Assembly: GCA_049520315.1 (NCBI GenBank)
Contig: JBEKPW010000002.1
Span: 38,909 to 102,908 of the forward strand
Direction: 5' to 3'
From: Syntrophobacteraceae bacterium
GTDB lineage: Bacteria; Desulfobacterota; Syntrophobacteria; Syntrophobacterales; Syntrophobacteraceae
DNA: 64,000 bases
Shown here: positions 58,453 through 64,000 of the stretch, piece by piece
Layout: every line of letters begins with the position of its first letter
Position numbering within the stretch: the stretch's first letter is position 1
The notes under the pieces: model-generated
The model's database searches: none
The model's input: the letters and a program-made list of their open reading frames with translations, nothing else
What the model was told of the DNA's origin: nothing
Position numbers and translations under genes: made by a program

Positions 58453-59297
58453 GTGCAAAGCTGAGGCTTGGCAGGATCGATTTTCTGAACGTGCTTCCCA
58501 TCTACTATCCGCTTGAAGCAGGCATAATAGCCAATCCCTTCGCGATTGTCCCCGGCGTTCCATCCGAGTTGAACGAGCTTTGTGCAAACGGGGCGCTGGA
58601 CATAAGCCCCGTTTCTTCAATCGAATACGCCCGAAGAGCCGGCCTCTATTACATCCTGCCGGACCTCTCCATCAGCTCGGCCGGCGAAGTGAAGAGCGTA
58701 CTCCTGCTGAGCCGCATGCCCATTGAGCGCCTTTCAGGGAAGACAGTGCTGGCGAGCTCCAAATCTCATACTTCGGTAGGGCTGCTCAAAGTCCTGTGCA
58801 GGCTGCGATACGGGGTGGATCCCCGGTTCGAAACGGGGGCCTGTTCGGATTATCTTTCAGGATTTGATCTCCCTGACGCGTGCCTTGCAATTGGTGACGA
58901 AGCGCTGCGGCTTGGCCGAAGCGGAATTTTCCCGCACGTGCTCGACCTCGGGACAGCCTGGTTTGAATGGACGGGGCTCCCGTTCGTGTTTGCCGTATGG
59001 GTAATACGCAAAGAGACGGTTATCGAAAAAAACAGGCAGTTAGCGGATGCGATCGAAGCCCTTCTTTCTTCGAAAAGATGGGGCCGCGCCAATATCGGCA
59101 GGATCTGCGAGCAGGCCGCCCGGACCGGGCTGTTGGAAATCCCGGAACTGGAGGAGTATTATCGTTGCCTCCGATTTGATTTAAACGAAGGGGAGCGCAG
59201 AGGACTCAAGCTGTTCTACTCGCGTCTTTTCCAGGCCGGCGAACTGAAAGAGGTGCCCCGGCTCGAGACCTACACGCCCCTTGCCTCGGTTGCCTGA
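58440..59297 (+). CDS. mqnA: Chorismate dehydratase MqnA (MqnA/MqnD family)
   Basis: LRLGRIDFLNVLPIYYPL N-terminus, PBP-like fold family of MqnA/MqnD. Confidence 0.75.
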   Translation: MGELSAKLRLGRIDFLNVLPIYYPLEAGIIANPFAIVPGVPSELNELCANGALDISPVSSIEYARRAGLYYILPDLSISSAGEVKSVLLLSRMPIERLSGKTVLASSKSHTSVGLLKVLCRLRYGVDPRFETGACSDYLSGFDLPDACLAIGDEALRLGRSGIFPHVLDLGTAWFEWTGLPFVFAVWVIRKETVIEKNRQLADAIEALLSSKRWGRANIGRICEQAARTGLLEIPELEEYYRCLRFDLNEGERRGLKLFYSRLFQAGELKEVPRLETYTPLASVA

Positions 59298-59346
59298 GTG
59301 CCGGGACTTCGACTGCACTCGAGTGCCTGAAAGCGGGGCCCTTAAT

Positions 59347-59925
59347 TTGAAAAAGCAAAACCTGACAGTCGCTGTCACAGGTGCGAGCGGCGCCGGATAC
59401 GCGCGCAAACTGCTGCGCTCGATACCCCCGGGGAAGTACGACGTTCACCTCGTTTCATCTGAGGCCGGAAGGCTCGTCTATAAACTGGAAACCGGGGTGG
59501 CGCTGAGCGAAGATCTCCCGCCGGAAGTCCACACATACGAGGAAACGGACTTCGCGGCCCCGCTGGCCAGCGGTTCGTTTCCGTGCGCCGGCATGGTGAT
59601 CGTTCCATGCACGATGGGCACCTTGGGAGCGATTGCCGCCGGGCTGTCTCAAAATCTCATCCACCGGGCGGCCGACGTCTGCCTTAAGGAACGCCGCCCG
59701 CTCATACTTGTCCCCCGTGAAACGCCGCTCAATCGTATTCACCTCGCAAACATGCTGAAAGCTGCCGAAGCCGGAGCGATAATCCTTCCCGCCATGCCCG
59801 GCTTTTACCACAAGCCCGGTTGCGTTCAGGACCTCATTGATTTTGTGGTCGCCCGAATCCTCGATCAGCTTGGCGTAGAGCACAATCTCGCGGGGCCATG
59901 GATGGGGCTGGAGAGCGGGTCGTGA
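59347..59925 (+). CDS. ubiX: UbiX-type flavin prenyltransferase
   Basis: TTG start chosen (LKKQNLTVAVTGASGAGYA). Motifs VPCTMGTLGAIAAG, PRETPL, ILPAMPGFYH. Confidence 0.8.
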   Translation: MKKQNLTVAVTGASGAGYARKLLRSIPPGKYDVHLVSSEAGRLVYKLETGVALSEDLPPEVHTYEETDFAAPLASGSFPCAGMVIVPCTMGTLGAIAAGLSQNLIHRAADVCLKERRPLILVPRETPLNRIHLANMLKAAEAGAIILPAMPGFYHKPGCVQDLIDFVVARILDQLGVEHNLAGPWMGLESGS

Positions 59926-60187
59926 TTGAACGGTGCGCGGCAGCATCGGTTGCAGCCGGCTTTGGTGCCGGTTTACCGCAGTTCAGCGTGTCCCCACTGG
60001 ACACTCTAAACCATGAAAAGAACCGTAGTAACAAACAACGATCGCGGGCCTCAAAGCGGCTGCCTTATTGGCAGCAATGAATTTTTCAACCTGATTTCTG
60101 CCTTACGAAGTAAGCCTTTCCAACTGCGGCCATGCCGCCTGAAAACCCGTTTATGACCGAGGGTGAAACCTGACAACTGCCTCGATC

Positions 60188-60532
60188 TTAGCCGGCCTGC
60201 TTTTTGAGTGCTTCCAGGCACGCCTTCGCATGCGGCGCAAACTCATGAAACTTACTTAGATTTTCACACGGCTGATCGCAAGTTGCGCAATTGTCCAGGC
60301 CTCTTGCGCTACAGCACTGCCTGATAGCACAAGTCTGGCAATACCCGAGTTGTTTTCCTCCCGTGGACTTACATCCTTCACAATTGATCTCTTCAGGCTT
60401 CAAATGAACACCAAACTTCTCGGAATACAATGCTGCGGTCTTTGCCCTGGCGACGTTATCATCATTTTTAGTTGCAAGAAACGCAGGACAACTGGAACAG
60501 ACAAGGCCACAATAAGCGATCATTTGAGACAT
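60188..60532 (-). CDS. DUF3795-domain Cys-rich protein
   Basis: YCGLVCSSCPAF...CEGCKS...CQTCAIRQCCSARGLDNCATC pattern. Confidence 0.75.
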   Translation of the reverse strand: MSQMIAYCGLVCSSCPAFLATKNDDNVARAKTAALYSEKFGVHLKPEEINCEGCKSTGGKQLGYCQTCAIRQCCSARGLDNCATCDQPCENLSKFHEFAPHAKACLEALKKQAG

Positions 60533-60576
60533 GAGCTATTCCTCCATCAAAAATTAGTCCATCCCACTTCCGTTGA

Positions 60577-61086
60577 CTACTCCACTTCCTGTTCGCCTGC
60601 TGGAAGGCGCTTGAGCAGCTTTGCGCCGATTTCCCGCAGGTCTGGATCGGGCAGACTTTTTATCAGGGATTGTTCTTCCGGGGTCAGTTTCCTGGCAGGG
60701 GCCTTGAGTTTTCTGCGCGCAGCGGATCGCCTGGCCTTGATTTTTTCCAGGTCTTTGTGAGCGGGGTTTAGTACAGGCGCCGATTCGGGCATTTCGGCGA
60801 CCTTTATGACTATTTGCTCCACAATGCGTTCGGGTCGCGCGGCATTGATTTTCTCCGCCAGGACTTCTTTATACTGCTCGAGATGGTGCTTCCAGACCGA
60901 ATCGTGGGCGACGATTATAAGCACCTTGTTCTTAAGGGACTTGGGTATGGTGTAGCGGGCTACCTGTTCGCCAACCAGGTCCTTCCAGTCTCCGATCGGG
61001 TTGGCTGCAAAAGCGGGATGCTGTTCCAGGAACTTTTTCAACAGCGGCCCCACCTTGATTTTTGATCCCCGATCCGAACGTTTCAT
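60577..61086 (-). CDS. DUF721/DciA-like protein
   Basis: IGDWKDLVGEQVARYTIPKSLKNKVLIIVAHDSVWKHHLEQYKEVLAEKIN fits DUF721. ATGA overlap with the upstream gene. Confidence 0.7.
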   Translation of the reverse strand: MKRSDRGSKIKVGPLLKKFLEQHPAFAANPIGDWKDLVGEQVARYTIPKSLKNKVLIIVAHDSVWKHHLEQYKEVLAEKINAARPERIVEQIVIKVAEMPESAPVLNPAHKDLEKIKARRSAARRKLKAPARKLTPEEQSLIKSLPDPDLREIGAKLLKRLPAGEQEVE

Positions 61087-62231
61087 GTCTGTTTTTCAAC
61101 TTCCGATGGCGAAAGGACTTTGTTCTCCAGACTCTTGAGTGCGGCTTGAAGCTCTCTATACTGCTGCTGCAGAGTCTCCAGAATGAGGATGGTGTCGTTG
61201 CTCCTGAAGGGCAGCCTTGAGAGCAGCCTGTCGTAGATGAACGAATCCAGATCTGAAAGATAAAGCTCTTCAAAAAACCTCAGCAGGGTGGAGGCGAGTT
61301 GGAAAAAAACGGCCATGCCTGCCGCCTGGATCAGAGGAAGCAGAAGATTCAAAGTGGGCTTGATGGCGTCGAGTATTTCCTTTTGAGCGGTAAGGTTGGC
61401 AAAAGGCTTAGCGGCTTCGAGAGCTTCCTTTTGAGGAACAAAGGCAAAACCTGAAGACGCGACGTTGAATTGGGCAATGAGGAGCAGGGCGGTCTGAGCG
61501 AGTCCAAGGACGGGAAGGACCCAGAACAGGCATCGGTATGGCCCCCATGAACCGTCCAGAATGCGCCAGTCAGACTCGACCACCCGGCGCTCTTTTTCGA
61601 ATAGTTCTTCTGATGAAATGTTTTTCTGAAAGCCGGACAGCATGAGCCGAAGCCGAATAAATGGATGCAGGACAAAACTCAGGGGACTCCGCCTGATCTT
61701 AGCAGCCAGAACCTGCACAGAAAATAGTGATTCCGGTCTGGTCCCGGCAATTTCAGCATTGGGTGGTCCATGCTCCTCGATTTCCGACATGAATAGCTGG
61801 AGCAGGTATCTCCCGGCATATTGAACCACGAGCCAGAGCAGGCGCAGTTCCAAAAAGATTATTCCCGCCCGGATGATAAAAACAAGCATACCGCTGACCA
61901 ATGCAATGTTGTCCCTGGAATCGTCTTGCATGGCTGGAGGTTCTGATGGTTGCCTTTTCTCGCCCGGACTGGTTGATTTACCGGTTTGCGGCCTTGTCCC
62001 CTTGTCTGTCTGGTCCTGTTTTCCCCTGGAGTGTTCGGGGCCGGCCGATGTCATGCCTATACCTTGAAGACCGGTCCAGAAATCGGCCTTCCCTACATCC
62101 TTGAACTCCGGACCTTGCCGGGGAACATGAGTGAAACTATCTGAGTACCTGGCGAGAAACAGGCAAAAAAAGAAAAATACGAACCACCAGAGTCTGTGGA
62201 GTGTCTCATATCGCCTTAATCCGTAAGACAT
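61083..62231 (-). CDS. Hypothetical membrane protein (382 aa)
   Basis: AAAGGGAA RBS. Several hydrophobic segments, a charged low-complexity linker (GKQDQTDKGTRPQTGKSTSPGEKRQ) and a C-terminal coiled-coil-like tail. No family recognised. Confidence 0.65.
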   Translation of the reverse strand: MSYGLRRYETLHRLWWFVFFFFCLFLARYSDSFTHVPRQGPEFKDVGKADFWTGLQGIGMTSAGPEHSRGKQDQTDKGTRPQTGKSTSPGEKRQPSEPPAMQDDSRDNIALVSGMLVFIIRAGIIFLELRLLWLVVQYAGRYLLQLFMSEIEEHGPPNAEIAGTRPESLFSVQVLAAKIRRSPLSFVLHPFIRLRLMLSGFQKNISSEELFEKERRVVESDWRILDGSWGPYRCLFWVLPVLGLAQTALLLIAQFNVASSGFAFVPQKEALEAAKPFANLTAQKEILDAIKPTLNLLLPLIQAAGMAVFFQLASTLLRFFEELYLSDLDSFIYDRLLSRLPFRSNDTILILETLQQQYRELQAALKSLENKVLSPSEVEKQT

Positions 62232-62432
62232 TTAATTCCCTTTTCCGTATCTGAATGCGTAGCCTCGCGGGGTGTGGAAACCTATCTCCGAACTCCGCAT
62301 TGATTTAAGCAGAAAGTATGCTGGAGATTCGATGATTGCCGTTCTTTTATCAGAAACAAAGTGGTTTGAGCAATGAATTACAGTCCATCCTGAAACACCG
62401 GATGAGAACTCCACGCCCATCGAGGTTTCTGT

Positions 62433-62491
62433 TCGGAAAGGACCCTTTCCGAATTGGAAACTGTTAGTATCTCATCCGGGGTTTCCGGATG
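62433..62491 (+). repeat. Dispersed two-hairpin element R1, short copy C
   Basis: TTCGGAAAGGACCCTTTCCGAATTGGAAACTGTTAGTATCTCATCCGGGGTTTCCGGATGG. Both hairpins are present and the ~24-nt middle block is absent. Confidence 0.7.
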
Positions 62492-62515
62492 GATACGAAT
62501 TAGAGTCCGTGCGAA

Positions 62516-63622
62516 TCAGCCTGCCGGTCTTAAACACAGCGGTCCGATGTTCATCCTTTTTTCCACGGCGCAGTCGAGCATTTGACTCAGCCCCCCACGC
62601 TCTTTGGGGGAAAAGCCGAAGGACTCCTTCCAGATATCGTCATCTTCCATACACAGGTAGGTGCACAGGTCCTGATCAGCCTGCCGGATCCTGTCAACCA
62701 TGAAGGAATAGAATTCGGTCCTTATGTCTCGAAAGTAGCGCATCTTGCCGTCCAGTCCGCGAATGAACTCCCCGTAAGCAATCCGGCTCGAAGGATGGCG
62801 TGTTCTGATAATTCCCTTCAGTGCGGGCATGAAGCGTAGAGCCCCCAGGCTGATCCAGACGATTCGAGCCGGCTCGACTCCGGCGAAGAGTAGATCGAGT
62901 GTCCGGGCGTAGCCGGATTTCCAGTCTGGATAGTCGATAATAGGGTCGAAATGGAAGGCCAGAAAATACCCCTCGCCGGAGCAGGAGCGGGCCGCATCGA
63001 GCCTCTCGGCGATGGTGGCTGCAAAAGGCTCCTCACGCTTCCGGACTTCCCTCGAGTTGAGCGACCAGGCTATGATCGTGCGGCCCCCATGATCGAGTCC
63101 ACGGAGGTTTTCAATGAAATTTGTCTTTGTTTTCAGTTCCAGGATCGCATTGGAAGTCTTGGCAAAATAGGGAACAAGCAATCGTGACAGTTCCGTAAAC
63201 GGATCCAGCAGCAGAGAGTCGGTAAATTCTCCGGTCCCGATCCTGTGCAGGTTGTGCTGGTTTTGCGCCAGGACCTCCGAGAGTTCCCGGAACATTTCAT
63301 CGAGGTTGCCGAACACTCTCAGATTCGGCTGGTTCAAGTAAGCCTGAAGGATGCAATAGGAGCAGTCGAGTGAGCACTGGGCGCCGAAATGGAGAATCCT
63401 GTATCCGCAGCAATGATAGTGGCGCGTTCCGGGACAGGATTTCAGAAACTTCCCCCGAAACCCGGCGACCTCAAGAATTTCGGGATCGTGGCAATTCGTA
63501 TCCGAAATTCTGTCTACGATTTCAAAAGAGGCGCCGGGCAGATTTTTGCGAAGCGAGGCGGCCAGGGCGCCCTCCGCAACGGTGGATTCGACGATTACTC
63601 TTTTGGGAGCGCGGATTCTCAT
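62516..63622 (-). CDS. Spore-photoproduct-lyase-family radical SAM protein
   Basis: CSLDCSYCILQ cluster motif in an SPL-like context (FLKSCPGTRHYHCCGYRILHFGAQC). 368 aa. Confidence 0.7.
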   Translation of the reverse strand: MRIRAPKRVIVESTVAEGALAASLRKNLPGASFEIVDRISDTNCHDPEILEVAGFRGKFLKSCPGTRHYHCCGYRILHFGAQCSLDCSYCILQAYLNQPNLRVFGNLDEMFRELSEVLAQNQHNLHRIGTGEFTDSLLLDPFTELSRLLVPYFAKTSNAILELKTKTNFIENLRGLDHGGRTIIAWSLNSREVRKREEPFAATIAERLDAARSCSGEGYFLAFHFDPIIDYPDWKSGYARTLDLLFAGVEPARIVWISLGALRFMPALKGIIRTRHPSSRIAYGEFIRGLDGKMRYFRDIRTEFYSFMVDRIRQADQDLCTYLCMEDDDIWKESFGFSPKERGGLSQMLDCAVEKRMNIGPLCLRPAG

Positions 63623-63786
63623 TAACTTTGCTCCTGATTGTTCACAGCCAAGATGCGACTCCGAATGCCCCCGGTACCGATCCGCGGGATACCGCCTCGC
63701 GGGTGGGTGGGCTGTCGAGATTGGTGATCTTGCTTCCCGCCTCTGGTTATGGACAGGTCATGGATAGCGTCGAGATCCCGGCGGAG

Positions 63787-64000
63787 TCAATCCTGGCTGC
63801 GGCGCCCGGCCGCACTGAAAATGGCGGCCGTACGGTCTGATTCGACCAGTGACCCGGCTGAGCCGATAATCTTTCGAAGCTCTTCGGGTCCCGTAAAGCT
63901 CAGTTCCATTTTCCAATTGTTGCCTTCGAAAGCCGGAGGCGGGATGATCCTTACCGAGGGCGGCAGCCCAAGGGATTCGATCTCCCGCTGGAACCGCTTC
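63787..64000 (-). CDS. Hypothetical protein, C-terminal 70 codons only (gene continues beyond the window)
   Basis: My translation of the minus strand from 63999 is open for 70 codons (KRFQREIESLGLPPSVRIIPPPAFEGNNWKMELSFTGPEELRKIIGSAGSLVESDRTAAIFSAAGRRSQD*), with the stop at 63787-63789. Confidence 0.45.
   Translation of the reverse strand, partial: KRFQREIESLGLPPSVRIIPPPAFEGNNWKMELSFTGPEELRKIIGSAGSLVESDRTAAIFSAAGRRSQD

Noticed and set aside
59990-60135. 47-aa ORF (MKRTVVTNNDRGPQSG...) between ubiX and the DUF3795 gene.
   Set aside because: It is too short, with no RBS or motif. It was noticed only because of a small GCTGCC/GGCAGC hairpin inside it.
62232-62420. 62-aa ORF ending exactly where the membrane-protein ATG begins.
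   Set aside because: It has no RBS, lower-GC composition and no recognisable motif, and part of the region belongs to repeat copy C. It is possibly real through translational coupling, but this is unsupported.
63370-63840. 156-aa + strand ORF spanning the SPL gene start and the downstream intergenic region.
   Set aside because: It is antisense to the SPL gene for most of its length, with an Arg-rich shadow-frame composition and no RBS.

Overview
64-kb chromosomal segment, about 55% GC by eye. Gene content points to an anaerobic, deltaproteobacterium-like (Syntrophia/Desulfobacterota-type) organism: futalosine menaquinone pathway, tungsten-type aldehyde:ferredoxin oxidoreductase, 4-hydroxybutyryl-CoA dehydratase homologs and a large beta-oxidation block. 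This taxonomic call is inference only. Most of the window is ordinary core genome: uvrC, methylmalonyl-CoA epimerase, an SCP2/Fe-ADH/AOR/Liv-type ABC cluster, an acyl-CoA ligase, a minus-strand beta-oxidation cluster with a fused double TetR regulator, ridA, prmA, icd, a trans-sulfuration PLP enzyme, queA-tgt, mug, an mqn cluster, a DciA-like gene and an SPL-family radical SAM gene. I found no rRNA, CRISPR array, transposase, integrase or phage structural genes. The accessory part is 4.3-8.5 kb. There, tRNA-Pro(CGG) is followed by two decayed copies of its own 3' end. These delimit two small integrase-less islets carrying decayed toxin-antitoxin pairs, a GT2 glycosyltransferase and an AT-rich orphan ORF. 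Other points worth a second look: (1) intergenic regions are full of modular repeats, namely a MITE-like palindromic family with CACCACAGAG/CTCTGTGGTG termini, purine-rich 7-8 bp tandem repeats always purine-rich on the + strand, a roughly 170-bp two-hairpin element, and nested inverted repeats; (2) a 740-aa orphan protein lies divergent from the AOR operon, with three exact 11-mers at 12-bp phase in the shared intergenic region; (3) two tandem 4-hydroxybutyryl-CoA dehydratase paralogs sit inside the beta-oxidation cluster; (4) a 429-aa secreted protein has Ser-, His- and Gly-rich low-complexity regions; (5) a roughly 0.9-kb stretch at 41.7-42.6 kb has no credible ORF. All calls come from reading the sequence and the ORF translations. 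No database search was run, and repeat coordinates are accurate only to a few nt.
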